The notes under the pieces are model-generated. The model was given only the letters and a program-made list of their open reading frames with translations. It had not been told where the DNA came from and searched no databases. Shown one piece after another: positions 37,894-47,943 of a stretch of DNA of 64,000 nucleotides. Source of the stretch: Longimicrobiales bacterium (GTDB lineage Bacteria > Gemmatimonadota > Gemmatimonadetes > Longimicrobiales > Gaopeijiaceae); assembly GCA_965203485.1 (NCBI GenBank), contig OZ241892.1, positions 3,392,001 to 3,456,000 of the forward strand, given 5' to 3'. Numbering within the stretch: position 1 is the stretch's first letter; each line of letters begins with the position of its first letter. A program made the position numbers and the translations under genes.

Positions 37894-39148
37894 CAGCCGG
37901 AAGGAATTGCTGGACAAGATCCGCCTTGGGGAAGACACGTTCCTGGAATACAAGGAGGCTCGCTTTGCCGGCGGACGCATGACAGAACCTCGCCGCAGTT
38001 CGCTTGCGGACGAGCTTGCCGCGTTTGCCAACAGCCGCGGGGGTGTCTTTGTCCTTGGCGTGGACGACAAGACACGCGATATATTGGGTATTCCGATCGA
38101 ACGCCTCGACGTGGCTGAACGCTTTGTCCATGAGCTGTGCCATGACTCCATTGATCCGCCCATTGCTCCCGTCATTGAGCGCCTAGAGTTGCCCACCATG
38201 ACGGGTGACGAGGTAGCAGTCGTCAAGGTCGATGTGCCTCGTAGTCTGTTCGTGCATCGAAGCCCCGGCGGCTTCCTGCACCGTGTTGGCAGCGCCAAAC
38301 GAACGATGTCTTCCGAATACCTTGCTCGCTTGTTTCAGCAACGAAGCCAATCCCGTCTCATTCGGTTTGATGAACAGGTCGTTGCTGGCGACGCTACATT
38401 GGACGAACTGGAGATGGAAATTTGGAGACGATTGCGTACGCCGCGATCTCCGAATGAGCGGGAGCGTTTTCTGACGAAACTTCACATGGCACGTATCGAC
38501 GACGAGGGCACGCCCAGGCCCACGGTTGCGGGCGTGCTGATCGCTGCTGCGGATGGTCGACGTTGGTTGCCGAATGCGTACATTCAAGCGGTCGCCTACC
38601 GAGGCACGTCGATCACGGTCGACTCGTCAAGTAGTCCGTACCAATTGGACGCCGCGGACATCCATGGCCCGCTCGACGCCCAGGTTGTGGACGCTTGCCG
38701 GTTTGTCGCGAAGAACATGAAGACGGCGGGCTTCAAGGACCAGGGACGTCTGGATCGACCGCAGTTCGACATGTCCGCGGTCTTCGAAGCCGTCGTCAAC
38801 GCCGTGGCGCACCGGGACTATTCGATCTACGGTTCGAAGATTCGGTTGCGGATGTTCGACGATCGTTTGGAGCTCTATTCTCCCGGCGCGATTCCGAATT
38901 CGATGGACATCGGCGATCTCGACGACCTGCAATCGACCAGAAACGATGTCATTGCCAGCTTGCTGGCCAAGATGCCGGTACCCGATCTGGCTTGGCTGAC
39001 CACTCGTCGCCGGACGATGATGGACCGACGCGGCGAGGGCGTGCGGATCATCTTGGACAACAGCGAAAGACTTTCCGGCAGGACGCCCGATTATCGGCTG
39101 ATCGGTAGCGAGGAGCTCCTGCTGACGATCTACGCGCCTTCCACGTGA
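37886..39148 (+). CDS. AlbA_2/Schlafen-domain protein with HATPase_c_4 (RecG-like C-terminal) domain
   Basis: GED..LEYK, AAFANSRGG..VLGVDD, EAVVNAVAHRDY, RGEGV; overlaps the upstream stop by 8 bp. Confidence 0.85.
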   Translation: MFDSRKELLDKIRLGEDTFLEYKEARFAGGRMTEPRRSSLADELAAFANSRGGVFVLGVDDKTRDILGIPIERLDVAERFVHELCHDSIDPPIAPVIERLELPTMTGDEVAVVKVDVPRSLFVHRSPGGFLHRVGSAKRTMSSEYLARLFQQRSQSRLIRFDEQVVAGDATLDELEMEIWRRLRTPRSPNERERFLTKLHMARIDDEGTPRPTVAGVLIAAADGRRWLPNAYIQAVAYRGTSITVDSSSSPYQLDAADIHGPLDAQVVDACRFVAKNMKTAGFKDQGRLDRPQFDMSAVFEAVVNAVAHRDYSIYGSKIRLRMFDDRLELYSPGAIPNSMDIGDLDDLQSTRNDVIASLLAKMPVPDLAWLTTRRRTMMDRRGEGVRIILDNSERLSGRTPDYRLIGSEELLLTIYAPST

Positions 39149-39280
39149 CGGCGGTGAAGAAGCGAAGACGTCTGCCGTTGTCGGCGCCCCACGGTACTTT
39201 TCATGACCTTCGTGACCCGACAATGAGCGTTGGCGAGAGCCTGCTGGTCATGAACAGCGTCCCGGAAAAGTTGCGTGGAT

Positions 39281-40843
39281 TCACCGCCGCCTCCACGCCT
39301 CGATCTGTTCTTCCAAGCGTCCCACGAACGCGGCCATTCCGCCGCCGCCGCCGCGCTCCGCCTCCTGTCGTCCCACGAGGCGCGCCATGTCCGGTGCTGT
39401 GCGCTCCAGGTCGTTGCAGAACGCCTCCAGCATACCCTTGGCCGCGTCTGCGCTCTGCTGCACGCCGCCTTCGAACAGCGCCTCGATCTCGCGGAGGCTC
39501 GCGCGCATTGCCGATTCGGTCGTGCCCAACAACGGAGCGTAGTCCTCCGGCCTTCGCCTGAGCATGCGCCATGCCCACGCCTCCGGCGGTCCGTCTCCCG
39601 GCAAGAACAGCGGCTTGATGGGGTGGCCGAACTCCTCCGCCGCCTTGACGATCGCGCTCTCCTTGATCCGGGAGTCTCCGTCCAGAACGATCACGAAGTC
39701 CCATAGCTTGTCGAACTTGCCGAGCGTGCGCACGTGGGCCGGGAACTCGTCGCGCCCGGTGTTGCGGCCGATGACGAAGTCGTCGTGGCGCAGATCCATC
39801 CGAACTACCAGGACGTCCAGGATGCCCCGGATCACTCCCGCGGCGACGGCGTCCTCGCAGAGGATCGACAGCTGGGCACGGGACTGTCCGTAGAGCGCTT
39901 TCTGGAAGATGTCGCGATAGGGAGGCCCGACGGCGACTTCACCCGTGCGCTCGTCGCGCTCCAGAACGATCCGGCCCTCGAGCGGCACGCTCTCCAGCAC
40001 GACGGGGCTGTGCGTCGCGACGACGATCTGGAGCTTCCGGCGCAAGGCCAGGCGCTGAAGTTCCAGCATGAGCAGCTGCTGGGCGTGCGGGTGCAGGCCG
40101 GCTTCGACTTCGTCGATCAGAACGAGCGCCCTGTCGAGAAGGGAAAGGTCCTTGGAGATACGCAATATCGTCCGTTCGCCCGACGACATGTGCAGCTCCG
40201 AGTACTTCGCGGGCGGATCGCCCTTCACCTCGGCAAAGAGCAGATCCCGGCCCTCTCTGGACGCCAGCGCCACGCGGCGGTATTCCCAGGGAAGCACGCG
40301 ATGGGCCAGCACGAGCACGCTGGCCGGCACCATCTCCTCCTTGAAGGGCTCGCGGCCCATCCCCAGCAACGCGCGAGCCTCGGCCGAGCGGCTGGTCAGG
40401 TTGGCCAGAGTGCGCAGGTAGACGCCGCGCTCGGGCATTTCGCCATGTGAGTTCGGGCTGCTCCAGGCTCTGTCGCGGCGCGTCCAGGCCACGTCGAACC
40501 GCTTGCCTTTGGCGGTCCCCCCAAGCTCCAGCTCCGTCTCCGCCGCCTCGTCAGCCAGCCTGGCCAGATGGCCTGTGAAGTCCGGAAACACGTCGGCGGG
40601 CCCAAAGCCCGACGCTCCGCCCAGGGGCGCGTCGTATGCGCACGCGCAGGCGAACAGCAACGTGGACTTGCCGCAACCGTTCGCTCCCACGACGACGGAC
40701 ACGGGGTAGGGAAACCGCACCTCCAGTTCCCGAATCCCGCGAAGGCTGCGGATGCGGACGAAGTCCAGCGAGTCGGGCCTCTGGGCCGCGTCGGCCCGGA
40801 GAGCGTCCCAGACCTCCGCGAGTTGCTTGGCGATCAGAGACAC
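39281..40843 (-). CDS. ABC-type (AAA_21) ATPase with C-terminal TOPRIM-like domain
   Basis: GANGCGKST, MSSGE, LIDEVEAGLHP, ATHSP; C-terminal ILCED and VLDGD acidic motifs. Confidence 0.78.
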   Translation of the reverse strand: MSLIAKQLAEVWDALRADAAQRPDSLDFVRIRSLRGIRELEVRFPYPVSVVVGANGCGKSTLLFACACAYDAPLGGASGFGPADVFPDFTGHLARLADEAAETELELGGTAKGKRFDVAWTRRDRAWSSPNSHGEMPERGVYLRTLANLTSRSAEARALLGMGREPFKEEMVPASVLVLAHRVLPWEYRRVALASREGRDLLFAEVKGDPPAKYSELHMSSGERTILRISKDLSLLDRALVLIDEVEAGLHPHAQQLLMLELQRLALRRKLQIVVATHSPVVLESVPLEGRIVLERDERTGEVAVGPPYRDIFQKALYGQSRAQLSILCEDAVAAGVIRGILDVLVVRMDLRHDDFVIGRNTGRDEFPAHVRTLGKFDKLWDFVIVLDGDSRIKESAIVKAAEEFGHPIKPLFLPGDGPPEAWAWRMLRRRPEDYAPLLGTTESAMRASLREIEALFEGGVQQSADAAKGMLEAFCNDLERTAPDMARLVGRQEAERGGGGGMAAFVGRLEEQIEAWRRR

Positions 40844-41307
40844 GACGCCCGCCCCGTTGCCGCGGCCTCTCTTCTTGTCCTCGCCGCTGCGTCCACGCCC
40901 GTGGCGGCGGCCTTGAGGAATTCGTGCTTGTCCATGAGCGGGCTCTCGTCTTGTGGGTGATGGCGTTGATCAGGCGCTCGTGGAGGTGGAAGATCGTCGG
41001 CAACCCAAGCCTCTGCTCGGCGGACGTGCGGACGAAGAACGTGAGTTCGTGGCCGATCGTGATCGGATGGCCGCCGCCAGCATCTCGGGCACCTGCGGTA
41101 GCGGGTTGAAGATACTGCCGCGGCGCCCGGCCGGCTATGCGGGCGGCGGCGTTGCGGAGTCGAACGGGGCGGCCAACGATCTCGATCCACCCCATGTCGG
41201 GGGTCAAGGGGTCGGCGAGCACGCAGGCCGTGGAAGGTCCAGCGCACCGGCATGACGGGCACCAAGCGCCATGTTCGGTATCCGGAAACTGTGAGACGGA
41301 TCTAAAT

Positions 41308-41736
41308 CTATGGACAAAGATCCCGTGTCAACAAGCGTTTGTGGCTCGCGTTCTTGTATATGCTTCCGTTGGTCAGTCTCTTGAAGTCTTCTCCCAGATT
41401 CCTGTCTCTGGTGACAAGCACACGCACTCGGCTTGCGATCGCTAGAGCCAGAAGGTGCGGATCGTTTGATTTTATCTTTCCGAGAGTCTTCTCTTCCCTG
41501 TCAACCAAGGCTGACGGAACAGTCTTGACGCGGCCCGCTTGCAACAAAGCTGTGAATTTGCGACCGAATTTGGCATGCTTGCGAATCTCCTTCTTGATGG
41601 CCGTTGTTGGCGAATATACGAGCTTGCCTTTGGGCCTCATTCCTTTCGCTCCCTCAAGCCAACGAAGAACCGGTTGCATGTCGCTTGTTCCGTTCATATA
41701 TTCGCTAAACACATTCGCGTCCAAGATGATGCACAT
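41308..41736 (-). CDS. PIN domain protein
   Basis: IILDANV, NDPHLLALA, LVTRD acidic PIN pattern; starts 2 bp after the ATPase stop; low GC. Confidence 0.75.
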   Translation of the reverse strand: MCIILDANVFSEYMNGTSDMQPVLRWLEGAKGMRPKGKLVYSPTTAIKKEIRKHAKFGRKFTALLQAGRVKTVPSALVDREEKTLGKIKSNDPHLLALAIASRVRVLVTRDRNLGEDFKRLTNGSIYKNASHKRLLTRDLCP

Positions 41737-41738
41737 TA

Positions 41739-43055
41739 TTACTGTTCATCCAAACCAAGGAATGCATTCGTTTCCTTCAGAAAAAACTGCCGATAGCTAG
41801 CTGGCACGTTTTCCAAATTGCCCATTTCGTTCAGTCTTATGTTATGTGTCCTTGTTCCTTTGCGGGAACGCGGTTCAAAGTAGACAAAAGAAACGTCGTC
41901 CGGCGAAATGAGACCTTGGCGGATCGCGATTCGTGCACGATCCAGCATGTAATCGCTGTGAGTTTCGATTACGAACCGCAATGGCGATCGTCGGCGATCT
42001 CGGTTGAGCAAACTGATCAAAATCGACGACAGTTCCGCTTGCGCCCGAGGATGAAGATGAACTTCTGGTTGTTGAATGAGAAATGTGCCCGCACGTTGCG
42101 ATTGCATAACATGAACAAGTATAGGGAGCGCCTGACTGACGCCATAGCCGACATCCTTGAGATTTACTCTCGGTCCACGAATTTTTACTTGAACCTGAAA
42201 AGGATCACTACCCGATTTCCCCATCTTCTTGATCATGAGTTCAGAAAAAAGCCCAGTATCCTTTCCTAAAGATTCTAGTCTTTCCTTCAGTTCCTGCCAT
42301 CGCTTGCCTCCCTTGCGAGCAATGCTCGCAAGTTCTGCCGGTATGTCTGTGCCTTCGGCATCCGGTGCATCCAAAAACGGATCGTAAGTTCGCTTCGGCC
42401 GTGAACGAACTGGAGCGATACTCTTTGAAGGGACCAAGTCCAATGGCGACCTGTATGGCATCTTCCGATCGCCCTTCCTGAAGAACGGATGAAGCGCTTC
42501 GATGAACTCGCGTGCCTGCGTCTCAAGGTCCAGCCATGAGGGCAACATCCATGGACGGGCCTGAAACCTGCCGAAGAACGGTTCTGAAAGGTCCACATGA
42601 ATAGACCGCCTGTCTTGCTTGGTGACGAGGCCACGACCCCTTCTGTTGCCATAGGATTCTGCAATGTTGCGATGAACTACGATGCTGGCATCTCCGAAAG
42701 TCCAAGTTACGTGCGCAACGTCGGCTCGTGCGCCGTCCCGCCGTTCACGCAATGTGGCAACGTAGGTAGTGCGGGTTGCCTTAGGGCCTCGAAACACAAT
42801 TCCTATCTTGAACAACGGAAGCAACGGATTGCTTCGTCGCACGATCTCCCGAAAGGACCCCATTTCGTAGGGATGCCGGTTGAAACTAATTTCTGAATGA
42901 CTCCACATATAATCCGCCAACGCCTGCATGCACCCCAACACCGTCGTCTTCCCGGTGCTGTTCTCCCCCACCAAGAACGTCAACGGCCGAATCCGCACAT
43001 CCTGCGGCCCCGCAAAGCACCGCACGTCCTCGATCAGAAACCGATCCAGCTTCAT
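41739..43055 (-). CDS. ABC-type AAA ATPase (AAA_15/AAA_21, DUF3696-like C-terminus)
   Basis: GENSTGKT, VGYGVSQALP, IQQPEVHLHP, IETHSD. Confidence 0.85.
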   Translation of the reverse strand: MKLDRFLIEDVRCFAGPQDVRIRPLTFLVGENSTGKTTVLGCMQALADYMWSHSEISFNRHPYEMGSFREIVRRSNPLLPLFKIGIVFRGPKATRTTYVATLRERRDGARADVAHVTWTFGDASIVVHRNIAESYGNRRGRGLVTKQDRRSIHVDLSEPFFGRFQARPWMLPSWLDLETQAREFIEALHPFFRKGDRKMPYRSPLDLVPSKSIAPVRSRPKRTYDPFLDAPDAEGTDIPAELASIARKGGKRWQELKERLESLGKDTGLFSELMIKKMGKSGSDPFQVQVKIRGPRVNLKDVGYGVSQALPILVHVMQSQRAGTFLIQQPEVHLHPRAQAELSSILISLLNRDRRRSPLRFVIETHSDYMLDRARIAIRQGLISPDDVSFVYFEPRSRKGTRTHNIRLNEMGNLENVPASYRQFFLKETNAFLGLDEQ

Positions 43056-43067
43056 CGCGCCCTCCCC

Positions 43068-45149
43068 CTACTCCGCCGCCGGCTTCCTGTGCGTCCCCCA
43101 CTTCTCGAACCACTTGCGCAAGTACAGCTGGGTCCGCAAGAAGTTCGACGGTCGCGAACTCGTCCCGTGCCACTCGTCCTGGAAGCGGATCATGACCGTG
43201 GGCACCCCCTCGTACTGCAACGCTTGGTAGAACTCCTCCGTCTGGCCCATCGGCGTGCGGAGATCGTTTTCGCCGGTCAGGAGCATGGTGGGCGTGGTGA
43301 CGTTGCCGACGTAGAAAATGGAGGAGCGGTCGATCCATTCGGCGGGATCTTCCCAGAAGGGCTTCTCGAAGGTGCGCAGGTAACTGATGGCGTCCGACGT
43401 GCCCATGGCGGACATCCAGTTGACGATGGGGCAGTTGGCGGATGCGGCGCGGAAGCGGTCGGTGTTGCCGACGATGTAGCTGGTCAGGATGCCGCCGCCG
43501 GAGCAGCCGTAGACGAACAGGTTGTCCTCGTCGACGTAGCCGCGCGCCAGCATCTCGTCGACGCCGTTCATGAGGTCGGGGAAGTCGGCGCCGGGATAGT
43601 CGTGGTTGATGGCGTTGGCGAACTCGGTTCCGTAGCCGGTGCTGCCTCGGGGGTTCGTGTACAGCACGACGTAGCCGTTGGCGGCGTGTTCCTGGAACGC
43701 GAAGTTGAAGCTGCCGTTGTACATGGCGTGGGGGCCGCCGTGGATGACGAGCATCAGCGGGTACTTGCCGGCCGGATCGAAGTCGGGCGGCTTGACGATC
43801 CATCCCTGCACGCGAAAGCCGTCGTCGGAGTCGTACCATATCTCCTCGACCTCGCCGAGTTGCACGCGGTCCAGCACGTCGGCGTTGACCGACGTCAGAC
43901 GGACGGACTCGCTCGGATCGGCCACCGCGAAGCGATGCACGTCGGCCGGCTCGTGGGCGGTGGACACAGTGCCCACGGCCGTGCCGTCGTCCGCTAGCGA
44001 AGACATGGCGAAGAGGCGCTTGCCCGACGTGAGCGCGGTGACGCCGCCGCGCAACGAAACGAAGTGCAGTTGTCCGTATCCGTCTCGGCGGACGTTGAAG
44101 TAGAGGCCGCTGCCGTCGGGCGCCCAGGTCATCGCGCCGGTCTGCCGGTCGTAGTCGCCGGATATGACCCGGGAGCCCGAGCCGTCGCGGTTCATGACGT
44201 GGATCCGGCGGTTGCGGTAGGTGTCGTCGTGCGCGTCCTGGCCGGTGTAGGCGATCAGGGTTCCGTCGGGCGACGGGACCGGGCTGGAATCGGGACCTCG
44301 GCGGTTGGTGAGCCGGCGGATCTCGCCGGTGGCGACTTCGACGGCGTAGATCTCCGACTCCTGCCAGTGCTCGGGCCGGTGCGCGTCCTCGTGCCGAAAC
44401 GATGTGAAGTAGATCTCGGCGCCGTCGGGGCTCCAGCGCGCGCCCGAGTGGTTCCAGTCGCCGTGCGTCAGCTGGCGCGCCGTGCCTCCGCTCGCGGGCG
44501 CCACGAACACGTGCGTCCAACCAGTGTCCACGTAGCCTGTCCGGTCTCGCTTGTACGCGGGCCGCTCCACGACCTTGGGTTCGGCCGTCCACTTGGCGCC
44601 GCTGGGCCGGTCCGGCAGGGACACGCCCGCGAAGTCCGCCTTGTCCTTCACTCTGCTCGTGAACGCGATCCACTGTCCGTCGGGCGACCAGCGCGCGCCG
44701 GAAGGACCGCGCTCGAGATGCGTGACTTGGGTGACCGCCCCTTCCGCATCCATCCATCGCACGAACAACTGCGCGCCCTCGGGCTCGCCGGGCGCCGTGA
44801 ACAGGATGCGCGTTCCGTCGGGCGACCAAGCCGCGCCGCTTCCGTCCACGAGATGCCGGTCGCGCGTTCCGTCGGCGTTCATGAGACGCAGCGAAGACTT
44901 GCGGCGGTCGTTGGCCTTGTCGATCCAGCCGCGCGTGTAGACGACTCGCCGCCCGTCGGGCGATATGCGCGGATTCGACACGGTCTCCATGTCCAGGTAC
45001 TGCGCGAGGGCGAGCGGCGATCGGGCCGCGTCCGCGACCGCGGAGGACTGCTGGGCCGAGGCGGGAAATGCGGAGAAGGCCATGGTCGCGAGCAGGGTCG
45101 TCGTGGCGAGAAGGCGGGTTGCGGAAACGAAGCTGGGGCGTGGAGTCAT
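43068..45149 (-). CDS. S9 family peptidase (acylaminoacyl/dipeptidyl peptidase) with PD40 propeller
   Basis: Signal peptide, WSPDG repeats, IHGGPH, GCSGGG nucleophile, GENDLR, EWHG. Confidence 0.9.
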   Translation of the reverse strand: MTPRPSFVSATRLLATTTLLATMAFSAFPASAQQSSAVADAARSPLALAQYLDMETVSNPRISPDGRRVVYTRGWIDKANDRRKSSLRLMNADGTRDRHLVDGSGAAWSPDGTRILFTAPGEPEGAQLFVRWMDAEGAVTQVTHLERGPSGARWSPDGQWIAFTSRVKDKADFAGVSLPDRPSGAKWTAEPKVVERPAYKRDRTGYVDTGWTHVFVAPASGGTARQLTHGDWNHSGARWSPDGAEIYFTSFRHEDAHRPEHWQESEIYAVEVATGEIRRLTNRRGPDSSPVPSPDGTLIAYTGQDAHDDTYRNRRIHVMNRDGSGSRVISGDYDRQTGAMTWAPDGSGLYFNVRRDGYGQLHFVSLRGGVTALTSGKRLFAMSSLADDGTAVGTVSTAHEPADVHRFAVADPSESVRLTSVNADVLDRVQLGEVEEIWYDSDDGFRVQGWIVKPPDFDPAGKYPLMLVIHGGPHAMYNGSFNFAFQEHAANGYVVLYTNPRGSTGYGTEFANAINHDYPGADFPDLMNGVDEMLARGYVDEDNLFVYGCSGGGILTSYIVGNTDRFRAASANCPIVNWMSAMGTSDAISYLRTFEKPFWEDPAEWIDRSSIFYVGNVTTPTMLLTGENDLRTPMGQTEEFYQALQYEGVPTVMIRFQDEWHGTSSRPSNFLRTQLYLRKWFEKWGTHRKPAAE

Positions 45150-45254
45150 TGCGGCGACCTCTGGAGAAAGGGCGATGTCGGTGGAAATGCGCGAGCAGAC
45201 CCGATGAACGAGCGCGCGTGTGCGGACGCCGCGCGAACCGAGCGGCGGCAGGCG

Positions 45255-46481
45255 TCAGACAAGGCGTTCGACCACCTGCAGCAGGCGGTTCACGTCGTCC
45301 TGGTTGTTGAACATCGCGATCGCGGCGCGCAGCAGTCTTCCGTCCTCCTGGAAGGTGACGGCGACGCCTTCGGCTTCGAGCGCCGCGGCCAGCGTCTCGT
45401 GATCCAGCCCGTGGTAGAAGCTCACGATTGGAGACGAATTGGCGGGCGGGGTGAAAAGCTCCATGCCGAGCGCCTCGGCGCCGTCGCGAAGCCGGGCGGC
45501 CAGCGCGTGCGTGTGTTCGGCGACGCGGTCCATTCCCACGTCGGCGACGAAGCGAAGCGCCGCGTCCATGGCGGCGACCGATCCGTGGGAGGCGTTGCCG
45601 TATTCAAACTTGGCCGCCGTCGTCTTGAGGCGGTAGCGGCGGCCCGAAAGCTCCTCGGCCACTTGGCGATGCCCGTAGCGGTCCGGCGTCATCCACTCCA
45701 AGTGCTCGCGGCGCACGTAGAACGGAGCGCATCCGAAGTCGGCGAACAGCCACTTGTAGCCGTTTCCGCAGGCGAAGTCGACTTGTTCGTCGTGCAGGTT
45801 GAGCGGGAAGGTTCCGAACGCCTGGATCGCGTCGGCGTACAAGAATGCGCCGTTGGAGTGGGCCAGCTCCGCCAAGGTCGGCAGATCGTGGCGGAAGCCG
45901 TTGCGGTTGGACACCCAGGCGACGCTGAGCAGACGGGTGCGCCGGTCGGCCCTCGCGGCAAAGTCTTCGGCCGACACTACTCCTTGCCGGGCGGGTACGA
46001 TGCGCAGTTCCACGCCTTTTCGCCGCTCGAGTTCCTGGTACAGAACGAACGTGGTCGTGAAGTGCAGCTCGTCCACGACCACGTTGTCCCCCGGCTGCCA
46101 GTCCAGCGCTTGGGCGATCACGTTCTCGGCGTCGCTCGTCGAATAGAGCATCGCCACCTCGTCCTCGTCCGCGCCGAACACGCTTGCGAAGCCGCCCCGG
46201 GCCTGCTCCAGCATGGCCGCTCGCCGACTTGGATCGCGAAGAAGCGACTTCCCCTCCGCGTAGTCCCGAAGCGCGTCGCGCACCGGGGCCGGCAACGGAC
46301 CCACCGAGGCCGTGTTCAGGTACGCCAGCTCGTCGGTGACCGGAAACGCCGGGCGAACGCCCAAGGGATCGTCCGGGGACGGGGTGGCCGAAGCCGGCCG
46401 TGGCTGGACGGCGCCGCGAACGCCCGCCAGGCCCGTCGCGGCCGTGGCTGTCAGGAAGTCTCGCCGGTTCCATGCTCGCAT
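45255..46481 (-). CDS. Class V aminotransferase / cysteine desulfurase-like protein with Tat signal
   Basis: NRRDFL twin-arginine motif; YLNTAS, DAIQ, GYKWL (PLP lysine); GGAGG RBS before ATG 46481. Confidence 0.85.
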   Translation of the reverse strand: MRAWNRRDFLTATAATGLAGVRGAVQPRPASATPSPDDPLGVRPAFPVTDELAYLNTASVGPLPAPVRDALRDYAEGKSLLRDPSRRAAMLEQARGGFASVFGADEDEVAMLYSTSDAENVIAQALDWQPGDNVVVDELHFTTTFVLYQELERRKGVELRIVPARQGVVSAEDFAARADRRTRLLSVAWVSNRNGFRHDLPTLAELAHSNGAFLYADAIQAFGTFPLNLHDEQVDFACGNGYKWLFADFGCAPFYVRREHLEWMTPDRYGHRQVAEELSGRRYRLKTTAAKFEYGNASHGSVAAMDAALRFVADVGMDRVAEHTHALAARLRDGAEALGMELFTPPANSSPIVSFYHGLDHETLAAALEAEGVAVTFQEDGRLLRAAIAMFNNQDDVNRLLQVVERLV

Positions 46482-46764
46482 GGAAGCCTCCATGGGTAGT
46501 TGGATGTCCACGATATAGTACGCGCCGCGTGTTGCGACGGCCAGCGGCGGCGGCCGCTTGCGGGAGCACGTTACGCGTGACGACCGGCCGCGTGGTGCGC
46601 TTCTGCGCGGCGCGATCACGGGGTGGCGCAAGGCGGCGTCCTGGGGTAAATTCGACGTTCCTCAGCAGCCGTCTCGCGCGTTGCGTCGCGGCGGCTTGTT
46701 GCGCGCACCTTTCGCGGCGGTCCTTGGGCGTGAGCGCGTCCGATCCGGCGACAGGAGAACACGC

Positions 46765-47943
46765 TTGCTCGGATTCGACTTCGGTTGGTCCGACGTGGCC
46801 GAATGGTGGCGCGCCATGGTCGCCGTGGCCGTTCCGCGCCTAGCGCCGTCGGTCGGCATCCTGGTTGTGGCGGCGGTCGCCTACTTCGTCGCGCGCAAGT
46901 ACGTGGTGCGGGCGGGCCAGCGCCTCGTCGCCCGCACCAAGACGGACCTCGACGACCGGATCCTGCACTCGGTGCGCCGCGCGCTGTCGTGGACCGTCGT
47001 GGCGTGGGCGCTTTGGCGGTTGGCGTTCATTTGGTTTCCGGCCGGCCCCGAGGGAGCGCCGCCCCGTGCCGCCGAATGGGTCGTCGGCTTGTGGATCGCC
47101 TTCCTCTTCTTCCCGTTGAGCCGGCTCGCATGCGACTTGCTGCTCGTCGTCGGCACGCAGTTCGCCGCCAAGCGCCGGGGCGGTCTCGACGCCACCGCGT
47201 TGCCGATGGCCACGCGCGTCCTGCGCTTCCTCCTGATCGCCTTGGGCGCGATGCTCGCCTTGGACCGCCTGGGCATCAACATCCAGCCGTTTCTGGCTGG
47301 CTCCGCCGTGATGGGGCTGGCGATATCCTTCGCCGCGCGCGACACCCTGTCCAACTTGATCGCAGGCGTCCTCCTGGTGCTGGACCGCCCCTTCCAAGTC
47401 GGCGACCGAATCGAGCTCTGGAGCGCCCCCACCGAGACCGGCACGTGGGGCGACGTCATTGACATCGGTCTGCGCGCCACCAAGATCCGCAATCCCGACA
47501 ACTTGGTCGTGGTCGTGCCCAACAACGAGATCATGCGGCGCGACATCGTCAACTACACCATGTCGGGCTCGGACATACGCCTGCGCATTCCGTTCTCGAT
47601 CGCCTACGAGTCCAACATCGAGCGCGCGAAGGCGTTGCTCGTCGAAGCGGCGGGCAACGTGGACGGCGTGAAGCTGCAGCCCGCGCCCGTGGTCATTGTG
47701 CGCGGCTTCGGAGCGTCCGAGGTGAACCTCGAGCTGCGTGTGTGGGTCACGGAAGCCCGCGCCCGCCGGAGGATCGCCGACGAGATCACTGCAAGGGTTC
47801 TCGTCGCCTTCGCGACGGAGGGCGTGGAGATTCCGTATCCCAAGCGCGAGTTGTACATCCGAGAACAAGGCGCCGCTCAAAGGCTTCTCCCAGGAAGAGA
47901 CGCCAGCAACGGCGGCGGCGAGGGTGCTCCACATCCGCGCTGA
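46765..47943 (+). CDS. mscS: Small-conductance mechanosensitive channel family protein
   Basis: GLAISFAARDTLSNLIAG, PFQVGDRI, VVVPN, EIPYP; AGGAG RBS before TTG 46765. Confidence 0.88.
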   Translation: MLGFDFGWSDVAEWWRAMVAVAVPRLAPSVGILVVAAVAYFVARKYVVRAGQRLVARTKTDLDDRILHSVRRALSWTVVAWALWRLAFIWFPAGPEGAPPRAAEWVVGLWIAFLFFPLSRLACDLLLVVGTQFAAKRRGGLDATALPMATRVLRFLLIALGAMLALDRLGINIQPFLAGSAVMGLAISFAARDTLSNLIAGVLLVLDRPFQVGDRIELWSAPTETGTWGDVIDIGLRATKIRNPDNLVVVVPNNEIMRRDIVNYTMSGSDIRLRIPFSIAYESNIERAKALLVEAAGNVDGVKLQPAPVVIVRGFGASEVNLELRVWVTEARARRRIADEITARVLVAFATEGVEIPYPKRELYIREQGAAQRLLPGRDASNGGGEGAPHPR

